Source: Eledone cirrhosa
Taxonomy: Eukaryota
DNA length: 64,000 nt
Assembly: GCA_964016885.1 (NCBI GenBank)
Contig: OZ024740.1
Location: forward strand, 4,340,001-4,404,000
Direction of reading: 5' to 3'
In this document: positions 14,761-27,568 of the stretch, piece by piece
Layout: every line of letters starts with the position of its first letter
Position numbering within the stretch: position 1 is the first letter of the stretch
The notes under the pieces: generated by a model
The model's input: only the letters and a program-made list of their open reading frames with translations
The model's database searches: none
What the model was told of the DNA's origin: nothing
Made by a program: the position numbers and the translations under genes

Positions 14761-16171
14761 CATCATCATCATCATCAACGTTTAACGTCCGTGTTCCACG
14801 CTTGCATGGGTTTGGACGGGGGTATTCCCACTTGAGGCAAGAGTGATTGTCTTGCTCGCAGAGGACTGTCTGGCAGGTTTTCTACAGTTGGATGCCCTTC
14901 CTAACACCAACCACATTTACAGTGTGGGTCTGGGAGGTTTTTACTGTGTTGCCTACACGGCCACATTACAGCGTGGACTGTGTGTTTTTTTGTCGTTACA
15001 CCTACACGATCTCATTTGTTTCGGCCTGGATGGTGTGGCACCAACATAACTTTACATAGGAGGGGGGGGGGGGGGGGAACGGGGGTATATTTTGTTAGAG
15101 ATGCCTACTGGCTGTAGTAGGTTTTACTATGTATTTAGGTAAGGCGGGTCTTCTCTATTACTGAGTACCGCCAAAGATCTCGGTCCAGTGACATTGTCTT
15201 GGAGAGGTGTAAGTGTGTGAGGTCGGAATTTATCAGCTCGTCCCAGGTTTTTGTGGATCTGCCTATTCCGTGGCTACCATCTATCTTTATTGCCCTGCAC
15301 TTTGTTATACAGCTATCGACTTTCATGCGCATCACGTGTCCATACCAACGTAGCCTTCTCTCGAGTAAACAACATCTGATCCCTCTTATTTCTAATTTTT
15401 TCCTTAGTTCGTTTATGCTTTGCCGTTCATGTATATTACTATTACACATCCAGCGGAGCATGTAAGCTTCGTTCCTTTCTAGTCTGCGTATATCCTCTGC
15501 ACACAATGCCCAGGTCTCACTGCCATGCAACATTGCTGTTCGTATGCAGGCATCATACAACCTGCCTTTCATTTTTAGGGAGAACCCTTTAGCGGCTAAT
15601 AGTGGTATAAGCTCTCTGAACTTTTTCCATCCAGTTCTGACTCTAGCTACTGTACTTTCAGAGCACCCTCCCCCACTGCTGATTTTGTCACCCAGGTAAC
15701 GGAAGCTGTCCACTATTTCTATAGAGCCCTCTGAGCAGTTGTAAGAGCTAGTATTTAGTGGGCACTTGTTGCTACTTATTGCACCAGAGCACCGCCCACA
15801 TGTAAAATCTATGTTCTTAGTTAGCTTACCTGTGATCCCACTACATCTTTTATGCACCCATACTTTGCATTTGGGACATAAAATGGAGTTTCTACCTACG
15901 CCTTTCCTACACACTGAGCATGGCCATTTCCCGGAAGGGACCGCCGCCTTATTTTCTTTCCTACAAACTAGAACTTTAGTCTTAGCCAGGTTAATTTTAA
16001 GGCCTTTTGATTCTAGGCCGTGCTTCCATGTTTGGAATTTCTTCTCTAGCTCGGCCATTGATTCAGCTATGAGTTTCAGGTCGTCTGCGTATAGGAGTTC
16101 CCATGGGCAGCCGGTCTTGAACTCCTCTGTTATAGCCTGAAGGGCAATAATAAATAGTAGGGGGCTGAGAA
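14761..16171 (-). mobile_element. 5'-truncated RTE LINE, subfamily A (copy 1)
   Basis: ORF 15135-16058 encodes the RT C-terminal half ([34 protein letters not shown]), with YADDL just upstream. The tail reads (CAT)n at 14761. Confidence 0.95.
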
Positions 16172-16191
16172 TATATGATAATCATATATAT

Positions 16192-16738
16192 CATCATCAT
16201 CATCATCATCATTTTACATCCGCTTTTCCCTGCTTGCAAGGGTGGGACGGGTGTTATTCAGCACAGCATCTCTCCACTCGTCACGATCCATCTCCACCGT
16301 GAGCTTCATTGATCTGAGGTCTGCTCTCACCACCTCTGCCTATGTTTTTCGTGGTCTACCTCTACCATGTCTTCCTTCGACTGGCATTTCCTGACACTTC
16401 TTCACCCATCGGTCATCCACCATGCGCATCACATGTCCATACCACCTCTCGCACACTACATTCTATCCCTCTCAGACACAGTTTCTCTCTCAACACATTC
16501 ATGCTGGGTCATTCACACACATTGACACTGCACATTCAACGGAGCATGCTTGCCTCATTTCTCTCCAGCCGTCGCATATCCTCTGCAGTTGCTGCCCATG
16601 TCTCACTACCATGCAGCATCGCGCATCTCACACAGGCATCATATAACCGGCCTTTCGTACGCAGGGAGAAATCCTTCTTCGTCAACAGAGGAAGCAGCTC
16701 CCTAAACTTCCCAACCCATCCTTATTCTAGATACTATT
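16192..16738 (-). mobile_element. RTE LINE 3' fragment, subfamily C (decayed, short 3' UTR)
   Basis: Minus-strand translation KFRELLPLLTKKDFSLRTKGRLYDAC..MLHGSETW with in-frame stops. Distinct 3' end TTTTACATCCGCTTTTCCCTGCTTGCAAGGG next to (CAT)n. Confidence 0.85.
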
Positions 16739-16767
16739 GCCTATGATATATCATATATGATATATCA

Positions 16768-16938
16768 TCACCACCACCACCACCACTAATACCACCACCA
16801 TGACCACCACCACCACTACCACCACCACAACTACCACCACCACCAACCAACCACCACCACTACCACCACCACCACCACTACACCAACCAACACCACCACC
16901 ACCACTACACCACCACCAACACCACCAACACCACCAGC

Positions 16939-16969
<31 letters not shown>

Positions 16970-16972
16970 CCA
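16768..16972. repeat. Imperfect (CAC/CAA/TAC)n microsatellite
   Basis: Direct reading. Confidence 0.95.
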
Positions 16973-17139
16973 TTTCAGTGTTATGTCTGTTCGTCCTATA
17001 TTTTATTTGTCTGTGAAATTATTCCCCTCTTCCATTCTACAGTAAACCAAAGATTACATTTCAAACAAATCCTTTATCTAATATCTCTTCAAATAATTCA
17101 CTTGATGATTAAATAAGCTGATTTATAGACAGACATATA

Positions 17140-17397
17140 GTAGTGGTAGTGGTGGCAGTGGTGGTAGTGGTGGTAGTAGTGGTGGTAGTAACAGTAGTAG
17201 TAGTGGTGGTGATGGTAGTAGTAGTAGTGGTAGTAGTATTGGTAGTGGTGGTAGTGGTGGTAGTAGTGGTGGTAGTGGTGGTAGTAGTAGTAGTGGTGGT
17301 AGTAGTGGTGGTGGTGGTAGTAGTAGTAGTAGTGGTGGTAGTGGAAGTAGTAGTAGTGGTGGTGGTGGTGGTGGTGGTGGTAGTGGTGGTAGTAGTG

Positions 17398-17435
<38 letters not shown>

Positions 17436-17526
17436 GGTGGTAGTAGTGGTAGCGGTGGTGATGGTGGTAGTGGTGGTAGTAGTGGTAGTGGTGGCAGTGG
17501 TGGTAGTAGTAGTAGTGGTGGTGGTG

Positions 17527-17564
<38 letters not shown>

Positions 17565-17782
17565 GGTAGTAGTAGTAGTGGTAGTGGTGGTAGTGGTGGA
17601 AGTGGTAGTGGTAGTAGTAGTGGTAGTGGTGGTAGTGGTGGTGGTAGTGGTGGTAGTGGTGGTAGTAGTAGTGGTGGTGGTGGTGGTGGTGGTAGTAGTA
17701 GTGGTGGTGGTGGTGGCAGTGGTGGTAGTAGTAGAGAGTAGTAGTGGTAGTTGTAGTAGTAGTAGTAGTAGTCGAAGTAGTC

Positions 17783-17822
<40 letters not shown>

Positions 17823-17863
17823 AGAGTAGTAGTAGTAGTAGTAGTAGTACTAGTAGTAGTAGA

Positions 17864-17912
<49 letters not shown>

Positions 17913-17983
17913 CGAAGTAGTAGTAGTAGTAGTAGTAGTACTAGTAGTAGTAGAGAGTAGTAGTAGTAGTAGTAGTAGTAGTC

Positions 17984-18014
<31 letters not shown>

Positions 18015-18087
18015 AGAGTAGTAGTAGAGAGTAGTAGTAGTAGTAGTAGTAGTAGTCGAAGTAGTAGTAGTAGTAGTAGTAGTAGTC

Positions 18088-18137
<50 letters not shown>

Positions 18138-18138
18138 C

Positions 18139-18202
<64 letters not shown>

Positions 18203-18203
18203 A

Positions 18204-18240
<37 letters not shown>

Positions 18241-18241
18241 C

Positions 18242-18305
<64 letters not shown>

Positions 18306-18316
18306 TTGTAGTAGTG

Positions 18317-18368
<52 letters not shown>

Positions 18369-18386
18369 AGAGTAGTAGTGGTAGTT

Positions 18387-18426
<40 letters not shown>

Positions 18427-18577
18427 CAGCAGCAGTAGCGGTAGTAGTAGTAGAGAGTAGTAGTGGTAGTTGTAGTAGTAGTAGTAGTAGTAGTAGCAGC
18501 AGCAGTAGCGGTAGTAGTAGTAGAGAGTAGTAGTGGTAGTTGTAGTAGTAGTAGTAGTAGTAGCAGCAGCAGTAGCG

Positions 18578-18608
<31 letters not shown>

Positions 18609-18794
18609 TTGTAGTAGTAGTAGTAGTAGTAGCAGCAGCAGTAGCGGTAGTAGTAGTAGTAGTAGTAGTGGTAGTTGTAGTAGTAGTAGTAGTAGTAGCA
18701 GCAGCAGTAGCGGTAGTAGTAGTAGTAGTAGTAGTGGTAGTTGTAGTAGTAGTAGTAGTAGTAGCAGCAGCAGTAGCGGTAGTAGTAGTAGTAG
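17140..18794. repeat. ~1.65-kb compound (GTG/GTA)n then (GTA)n trinucleotide tract with repeated interrupting cassettes
   Basis: Direct reading. Interruptions GTCGAA, GAGA and GTGGTAGTT...GCAGCAGCAGTAGCG recur. Confidence 0.97.
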
Positions 18795-19221
18795 GGATGG
18801 AAATTGTGCTGATAGTAGAAGAAGGGGAGAAAGAAAGCAATAAAAGGAAAAATAGAAGAAAAAGGGGGGAAAAAATGAAGGAAAATAAAGGAAAATGAAA
18901 GGGGAAAGGATAATAAAAGTGTTCCTATAGAGTTTATAGAAAGTGATTATTTATAGATTTGTGTATTGATCTGTTGCAGCAGATATATTTATAGATCTGT
19001 GGATTGATCTGTTGCAGCAGATAATTCAATTTTACAGTTTAGAAATCAGAGGCAATTTTCAGGAAACGAGTTTCTGCTTTTTCATGGAATTGAAGAAATG
19101 GTCCAAATTTCTGTATTTCCTGCAAATTTTCTTTCGTTTTCTTTTTCTTTTAATTGAATATTAAAAGAGACTTATAGAAATTGTCTTGTGTACTGCCATT
19201 TTCTTCCCTTTTAACTATCTT

Positions 19222-19223
19222 AG

Positions 19224-19303
<80 letters not shown>

Positions 19304-19331
19304 GGTGGTGGTGGTGGTGGTGGTGGTGGTG
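19222..19331. repeat. Compound (TTG)n(TGG)n microsatellite
   Basis: Direct reading. Confidence 0.97.
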
Positions 19332-19511
19332 CGGATTAAGCAAAACTATGATCCAATGTATTCTATGGCATGTCTTGGTCATTTCAAACCTGATGGAGCT
19401 CATCTTTCACTAACAGTTATATACTAGTTACAGAAATATAATCAATATATAAATATATTTACAGAGTTCAAGATTTAGATAGATTCGGTGTTGTCTGAAA
19501 GACAGCTTTAA

Positions 19512-19821
19512 CACTTTAGATACCAAACTAACTAGAATTGCTTCTGGTTTTATGATACAAAGCTGTTTATTTTAACAGTTTTCATTCCAAACTAACTAGA
19601 ATTGCTTCTGGTTTTATCATACAGAGCTGTTTATTTTTAACTCTGTTATATCAACCCACTCAAAGCTGCTTCTGGTTCTTTCGAACAAAACCTCTCATTT
19701 TAAAAAGTTTCTATTTAAATGAAAATCTTCCAACATCATAAAAATGAACAATTTTTAAAGTAAATTCTTCTAAATTCTATAATAATTAGTTTATTCTATC
19801 AGAAATATGGTATTAAAAGGG
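19512..19821. mobile_element. piggyBac-like non-autonomous MITE (~310 bp)
   Basis: TTAA|CACTTTAGATACC ... GGTATTAAAAGGG|TTAA: imperfect ~13-bp TIRs flanked by TTAA. Internal direct repeat CCAAACTAACTAGAATTGCTTCTGGTTTTAT x2. Confidence 0.6.
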
Positions 19822-20379
19822 TTAAAGTGTTCCAACAAGCTGAGGCCATGCTGAGGCATCTATATTTATGTAAAAACTTTCAATTATAATTTTATGTAGG
19901 AACATTTAAGTGTTGTCTTAAACACCATCTTAATAATAAGAATTGATTATTTTAAAAATTAATTATTATTTGGAAACCAGAGTCAGTGTCTTTTATTAGA
20001 AATATAGTAATGAATGGCTTGAATATAATAAAAATCTGTTTTCTTGAAATTTTCAAATGTTTTGAGGACAAAACTTAAAGTCTACTTGCTAATTGGTGGA
20101 AGATTTTATCTGTCACAGTTTAACATTGCTATCAGGTTTTGGGATATGTTTTAGTGGAGTCCATGTTCATTTGGCATGGCAACCTTCCTGTTTAGCAGAG
20201 GTAGCCTCCTCATCTGGTATGTTATATATTGTGACACCTTCTCTTGTTGCAACCTGATGTGTTTGGCTAGCAGCCCAGGCTTTGCTGCCCACTAGGCCGA
20301 AGAGGGCAAGCTTTCAAAGTATTGACTGCTCTCTGATAGGTTTGTGGTTGAACTTGTGTCAGTGGAGACTTCCACATTC

Positions 20380-20799
20380 TTGCCCAGTACAGCTCCCATT
20401 TCTTTTGGAAAGAGTTTTTTCATGCTCAGAGTTGCTGAAGTATGGAACAAACTACTTGTTGGGACATTGCATCCTTCAAAACCTCCATGCTTCCTGAAAT
20501 TCACCAACACTACACCTAATATTCCCTCTCCATACACATGCACGTGCGCATTCTTGTGTATGCGCGTATACATCATGACTCATACACTGTTCACTTTCCT
20601 GACCTTTGTTAACTTTGCCTTTCATCCTTACAGGGTCGATAAAATAAAGTACCAGTGACATACTGGAGTCGATTTAATCGACTTTCCCATCCCTCCCAAA
20701 TTAGTGGCCTTGTGTAATATAGTAGAAATTATTATTTTATGTACTATACATGCACCTTTGATGAGTTGTAGTACACCTGAGCATTGTACTCAATAATTT

Positions 20800-20843
<44 letters not shown>
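20380..20843 (+). mobile_element. Second CR1-type 3' fragment, interrupted by a SINE, with an (ATT)n tail
   Basis: Homologous to 14360-14650 (CAGCTCCCAT..CTCAGAGTT.CTGAAG.ATGGAACAAACTACTTG..CCAACACTACACCTAATATTCCC..TGAGTTGTAGT.CACCTGAG). Confidence 0.8.
20606..20735 (+). mobile_element. 5'-truncated SINE inserted in the CR1 3' UTR
   Basis: GTTAACTTTGCCTTTCATCCTTACAGGGTCGATAAAATAAAGTACCAG...GGCCTTGTG..AGTAGAAATTATTAT is the same body as 20845-21265. Confidence 0.85.
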
Positions 20844-20844
<1 letters not shown>

Positions 20845-20845
<1 letters not shown>

Positions 20846-21265
20846 GAGTGGTGGATTGCCAGTATCGGTAGAGGGTCAGACGTCACGCTTTCCAGCACAG
20901 TTGCGTCCCTTTACGGACTGAGTTCAAATCCTGTCGAGCTAAGCTTTGCCTTTCATCCTTACAGGGTCGATAAAATAAAGCACCAGCACAATTTAATCGA
21001 CTTTCCCTTCCCCACAAAAAATTGCCGGTCTTGTGCCCAAACCAGAAACCATTATTATCTCAGAGTAGGGCGGTGGATTGGCAGTATCGGTAGAGGGTCG
21101 GGCGCCATGCTTTGAAGCATAGAGTTACCACCCTTTATGATCTGAGTTCAAATCCCGTCGAGGTTAACTTTGCCTTTCATCCTTACTGGGTCGATAAAAT
21201 AAAATACCAGTAATACACTGGGGTAATTGCTGGCCTTGTGCCAAAAGTAGAAACAATTATTATCT
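20845..21265 (+). mobile_element. Two tandem tRNA-derived SINE copies (about 20845-21060 and 21061-21265)
   Basis: A-box-like TGGCAGTATCGGTAG and B-box GAGTTCAAATCC, then the core CTTTGCCTTTCATCCTT..GGGTCGATAAAATAAA.TACCAG and a 3' AGAAAC.ATTATTAT. Resembles octopus tRNA-SINEs (from memory, not searched). Confidence 0.85.
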
Positions 21266-21331
21266 CAGAGTATTTCATAAGAAATATTGTAACAAAAGTT
21301 GTGATATATCACCTGGTTTTTCATCAGCAAA

Positions 21332-21464
21332 ATGTAAAGAGCCACAGATGTTAGTGGGTCACAGATGTAAAGAGCCACAGATGTTAGTGGGTCACAGATG
21401 TAAAGAGCCACAGATGTTAGTGGGTCACAGATGTAAAGAGCCACAGATATTAGTGGGTCACAGA
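21332..21464. repeat. 33-bp minisatellite x4 (ATGTAAAGAGCCACAGATGTTAGTGGGTCACAG)
   Basis: Direct reading. Explains the repetitive ORF 21348-21602. Confidence 0.95.
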
Positions 21465-21635
21465 TTGGGTGAAATAATCCTTGTCTGCTACTTTCTAGAT
21501 GGTAAATCCAAAGATTTCCACAGACATTTTATGACTTGGCACCCACACAGGAAGAGATCAAATATTAATAATGGTATATCGTGCAATGGCCATACTCGAT
21601 AACGAGGGGGCAGCCATCATATATATATATATATA

Positions 21636-23138
21636 TCATCATCATCATCATCATCATCAACGTTTAACGTCCGTGTTCCACGCTTGCATGGGTTTGGACG
21701 GGCGTTTTCCCACTTGAGGCAAGAGTGATTGTCTTGCTCGCATAGGACTGTCTGGCGGGTTTTCTACAGCTGGATGCCCTTCCTAACACCAACCACATTT
21801 ACAGTGTGGGGCTGGGAGGTTTTTACCGTGTTGCCTATATGGCCACATTACAGCATGGACTGTCTGGCGGGTTTTCTACAGCTGGATCCCCTTCCTAACA
21901 CCAACCATGTTTACAGTGTGGACTGGGAGGTTTTTACCGTGTTGCCGACATGGCCACATTACAGCGTGGACGGTGTGTTTTTTTTGTCGTGACACCTACA
22001 CGATCTCATTTGTTTCGGCCTGGATGTTGTGGCACCAACATAACTTTACATTGAAAGGGGCGGTGTGGATGGGGTGGGACGGGGGTGTATTTTGTTAGAG
22101 GTGCCTACTGACTGTAGTAGGTTTTACTTTGTATTTAGGTAAGGCGGGTCTTCTCTATTACTGAGTACCGCCAAAGGTCTCGGTCCAGTGACATTGTCTT
22201 GGAGAGGTGTAAGTGTGTGAGGTCGGAATTTATCAGCTCGTCCCAGGTTTTTCTGGGTCTGCCTACTCCGTAGCTACCGTCTATCTTTATTGCCCTGCAC
22301 TTTGTTATACAGCTGTCATCTTTCATGCGCATCACGTGCCCATACCAACGTAGCCTTCTCTCGAGTAAACAACATCTGATCCCTCTTATTTCTAATTTTT
22401 TCCTTAGTTCGCTTATGCTTTGCCTTTCACGTATGTTACTATTACACATCCAGCGGAGCATGCAAGCTTCGTTCCTCTCTAGTCTGCGTATATCCTCTGC
22501 ACACAATGCCCAGGTCTCACTGCCATGCAACATTGCTGTTCGTATGCAGGCATCATACAACCTGCCTTTCATTTTTAGGGAGAACCCTTTAGCGGCTAAT
22601 AGTGGTATAAGCTCTCTGAACTTTTCCACCCAGTTCTGACTCTAGCTACTGTACTTTCAGAGCACCCTCCCCCACTGCTGATTTTGTCACCCAGGTAACG
22701 GAAGCTGTCCACTATTTATATAGAACCCTCTGCGCAATTGAAAGAGCTAGTATTTTGTGGGCACTTGCTGCTACTTATTGCACCAGAGCACCGGCCACAT
22801 GTAAAATCTATGTTCTTAGTTAGCTTACTTGTGATCCCACTACATCTTTTATGCACCCATACTTTGCATTTGGGACATAAAATGGAGTTTCTACCTACGC
22901 CTTTCCTACACACTGAGCATGGCCATTTCCCGGAAGGGACCGTCGCCTTATTTTCTTTCCTACAAACTAGAACTTTAGTCTTAGCAAGGTTAATTTTAAG
23001 GCCTTTTGATTCTAGGCCGTGCTTCCATGTTTGGAATTTCTTCTCTAGCTCGGCCATTGATTCAGCTATGAGCGTTAGGTCATCTGCGTATAGGAGTTCC
23101 CATGGGCAGCCGGTCTTGAACTCCACTGTTATAGCCTG
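21636..23138 (-). mobile_element. 5'-truncated RTE LINE, subfamily A (copy 2), frameshifted, with a duplicated 3'-UTR segment
   Basis: ORFs 22716-23126 (YADDL, PHD-like finger) and 22135-22629 are pieces of the same RT. (CAT)n tail; (TA)n on both sides. Confidence 0.95.
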
Positions 23139-23392
23139 ATATATATATATGTATGTATATATATGTATATATATATATATGTATGTATATATATATATGT
23201 ATGTATGTATGTATGTATATATAAGTATATATATATATATGTATGTATATATATATGTATGTATGTATATCCAGTCCTAGATAGAAGTAACGAGATGTGA
23301 CTGATGTTAGACACTTCATACAACATTTGTCATTTGACTAGAATATTAATCCACTTGTGTATATATGTGTGTAGGTGTGTGTGTTACATATA

Positions 23393-23471
23393 CAGCGTGG
23401 CCCCCAAAAATGGATATACACTTCAACAGCATTCTAATCAAGGAGTGTATACATCTTTTGGGAACTCCCTG
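23393..23471. mobile_element. Miniature Tc1/mariner-like element (~80 bp, almost only TIRs)
   Basis: TA|CAGCGTGGCCCCCAAAAATGGATATACACT...AGTGTATACATCTTTTGGGAACTCCCTG|TA: imperfect ~30-bp TIRs starting CAG, with TA flanks. Confidence 0.55.
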
Positions 23472-23589
23472 TATATATACATGTAGATATATATAGAGAA
23501 AGATACACACGAATACATAAACATATGTGTATATAACTATATATAATAGAGAGAGACAGATGGATGGTAGATATATGTGTAGGCTCACT

Positions 23590-23845
<256 letters not shown>

Positions 23846-24407
23846 ACAAAGGAAATGTGGTAAGGAACCAGATGGATCATAACGCACCAAAGTACTCAAT
23901 ACTTAGGGTAGTAGAATGGGTAATAGGAACAAGTAGGACACCGATGGCTGAGCTCAAGCCGTTTCGACTAACTAAATTAGGGATTTAGTCCTGGTATGTA
24001 TATAAGCATTTCTAACATTAATTTTTACCTAATTATGTATGGTTGACCGTGTATTTAATTAATTTCCACGGGCTGTCGAAATGCTGGGTAAATATTCTAT
24101 AGCGGTTGCACGCGAAGACGCCGCTTGGTGTATTTATTTACTGTTTCTTCATAGATGCCTTTTATTCTTATAGCCTGGTCTAATTGATTTTTTGTGTGGT
24201 TAATTATGCTGATTGGGAGTAGAGATGATGTATATATATTATCAAATAATTCTCTGGACATGCTTTACTCTATAGTATATATATATATAAATATATACAA
24301 AGATCGGAATTAAGAGTATTCCGCAGTTCACTGTAATAATAATAATAGTATTAGCTCAAAGAAGAATAGAGAATTTCCTTCTGAGCTCAAATCCAAGTAT
24401 ATTTTAC

Positions 24408-24569
24408 ACAAAGAGAAGTGTGTTACACAGTGAGATGTGTGTAAAGAATTATTACAAGTGATTTTACCGTTAGTGTATAGCTGTAGATATTGTTCTCTAT
24501 ACAGTAACGGTAAAATCACTTGTAATAATTCTTTACACACATCTCACTGTGTAACACACTTCTCTTTGT
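24408..24569. repeat. Near-perfect inverted repeat, ~73-bp arms with a 16-nt loop
   Basis: 24408-24480 is the reverse complement of 24497-24569 with about one mismatch. Confidence 0.93.
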
Positions 24570-24592
24570 TTAATATATATATATATATATAT

Positions 24593-24633
<41 letters not shown>

Positions 24634-24634
<1 letters not shown>

Positions 24635-24995
24635 GTGTAGGTGTCACGACAAAAAAACACACAGTCCACGCTGTAAATGTGGCCGTGTAGGCAACACGGT
24701 AAAAACCTCCCAGCCCCACACTGTAAATGTGGTTGGTGTTAGGAAGGACATCCAGCTGTAGAAAACCCGCCAGACAGTCCACGCTGTAATGTGGCCGTGT
24801 AGGCAACACGGTAAAAACTTCCCAGCCCCACACTGTAAATGTGGTTGGTGTTAGGAAGGGCATCCAGCTGTAGAAAACCCGCCAGACAGTCCTATGCGAG
24901 CAAGACAACCACTCTTGCCTCAAGTGGGAAAACCCCCGTCCAAACCCATGCAAGCGTGGAACACGGACGCTAAACCTGATGATGATGATGATGAT
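24634..24995 (+). mobile_element. Short RTE 3'-UTR-only element (with the 112-bp internal duplication)
   Basis: Reverse complement of 32712-33084. (GAT)n tail followed by (TA)n. Confidence 0.9.
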
Positions 24996-25009
24996 ATATA
25001 TATATATCC

Positions 25010-25170
25010 TCATCATCATCATTTTACGTCCACTTTTCCCTGCTTGCAAGGGTGGGAGGGGAACTGATTCAGGCTTGATTTCTACAGCTGGATGCCCTTC
25101 CTAACACCAACCTCATTTACAGTGAGTGGTGGGTGCTTTTTTGCCGTGGCACCTCCACGACCACTTTGCA
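25010..25170 (-). mobile_element. Chimeric RTE 3' end (subfamily C terminus joined to subfamily B UTR)
   Basis: TTTTACGTCCACTTTTCCCTGCTTGCAAGGGTGGGA (as at 16212) is followed by GAACTGATTCAGGCTTGATTTCTACAGCTGGATGCCC (as at 33380). Confidence 0.7.
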
Positions 25171-25189
25171 GTGGAATGATAGGGACCCC

Positions 25190-25970
<781 letters not shown>

Positions 25971-25991
25971 TATGTATACACATATATATAC

Positions 25992-26023
<32 letters not shown>

Positions 26024-26349
26024 TTAGGTTTATTGGTTCACCACTGGATAGAACTGGTCATTCCATATGGTCAATCTCGATGTAATATTATGGAGAGTAC
26101 TCAACGTAATGCAACTCACCCGTCTTTGTGTAGTTGGTGGTGCGAGTACGGAGTTAATTATTATAAAATAACAGGAGGCTGGACCGGTGTAATTCCTTGA
26201 AAGGTTTATTACACTATGATCATTTCAATGACCTGGTTCACTCGAGGGTGACCGACTGAGGTAGAAGCTGGTAAATAGTCGGTCGTTCTCTTGTCTCTGA
26301 TTTTCAGCCTCATGGATTTTATCTGTTATATTCCTTTGTTATATTTTGA

Positions 26350-26407
26350 ATACCTGATGATATCACCGGATTCATACTGAACCCGGTCATTGAAATGATC
26401 ATAGTAT
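26350..26407 (+). ncRNA. Minimal type I hammerhead ribozyme motif (Penelope/retrozyme-like)
   Basis: ATAC-CTGATGA-T-[ATCACCGGATTCA tac TGAACCCGGTCAT]-T-GAAA-TGATC-ATA-GTAT. Stem I is ATAC/GTAT, stem III is palindromic (ATGATCAT), and the predicted cut is after AUA. Confidence 0.7.
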
Positions 26408-26729
26408 AATAAACCTTAGTGGTAGTGGCAGTGGTGGTGGTAGTGATAGTGGTGGTGGTGGTGGTGGTGCTGGTGGGGGTCATAGTTTTGATATATAATA
26501 TATGTGTGTCAGTATATATCTATACTGGTTATATTTCAAGAGGGGTGGTCATATTTAGAAGATGAAAGAGTCAATGTCCACTGTACATGTGTACGTCTGT
26601 ATATCTCTGCTCAGTTGTGTGTCTATCAATGTGTGTGTATGTTAAATGATAATAATGATATACACACTCATACATATACACACACATGTACATAGAAACA
26701 TTAGTACACATTTATATATATATATACAT

Positions 26730-27355
26730 ATCATCATCATTATCGTTTAACGTCCATATTCCACGCTAACATGGGTTTGGATGGTAATTTTCCCACTTGA
26801 GGCAAGATTGGTTGTCTTGCTCGTATAGGACTGTCTGGCGGGTTTTCTATGGCTGGATGCCCTTCCTAACACCAACCACATTTACAGTGTGGAACTGGGA
26901 GGTTTTTACCATGTTACCTACACGGCCACATTACAGCGTGGACTGTGTGTTTTTTTTTGTCGTGACACCTACACGACCTCATTTATTTTGGACTGGATGT
27001 TGTGACACCAACATAACTTTACATCGAAAGGGGTGGTGTGGATGGGGTGGGGGTAGTGGGACAGGGGTGTATTTTGTTAGAGGTGCCTACTGACTCTAGG
27101 TTTCGCTTTGCACTTAGGCAAGGCGGGTCTTCTGTATTACTGTGTAGCGTCAAAGATCTCGGTCCAGTGACATTGTCTTGGAGAGGTATGTGTGAGGTCG
27201 GAATTTATCAAGTCGTCCCAGGTTTTTCTGGGTCTGCCTACTCCGTGGCTACTGTCTATTTTTATTGCCCTGCACTTTTTTATACAGCTGTCGTCTTTCA
27301 TGCGCATCACATGACCGTACCAACGTAGTCTTCTCTCGAGTAAACAACATCTGAT
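26730..27355 (-). mobile_element. RTE subfamily A-like 3' fragment (more diverged)
   Basis: Homologous to 14761-15380 with small indels. Flanked by TA-rich DNA. Confidence 0.9.
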
Positions 27356-27568
27356 ATATATTTATTATTGAATATTTACCTTAGTATTTGTACAAGTGTC
27401 TCAATAGAATGGTAACAGAAAAAAGTTGCAAGTTTAAAAGACAAAATTACAAATCATTTTAAGAGATGGGAGGATTGGGTTGATGCTGGGATGATGTCAC
27501 AAGATAAACTATTCTAGATAAGTGTTTGGTATATGATCTCTCTCTCTCTCTCTCTGTATATATATATA

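Noticed and set aside
18945-19025. Short direct repeat (ATAGAT.TGTG.ATTGATCTGTTGCAGCAGATA x2)
   Set aside because: A simple local duplication with no further structure.
16800-19427. Poly-V/T/S/Q/H ORFs
   Set aside because: Trinucleotide microsatellite translations.
23950-24120. Partial hammerhead-like halves (minus GACTAA..TTAGTC-GAAAC; plus CCGTG..CACGG..GAAATGCT)
   Set aside because: No CTGANGA core upstream and no stem I. Too degenerate to call.
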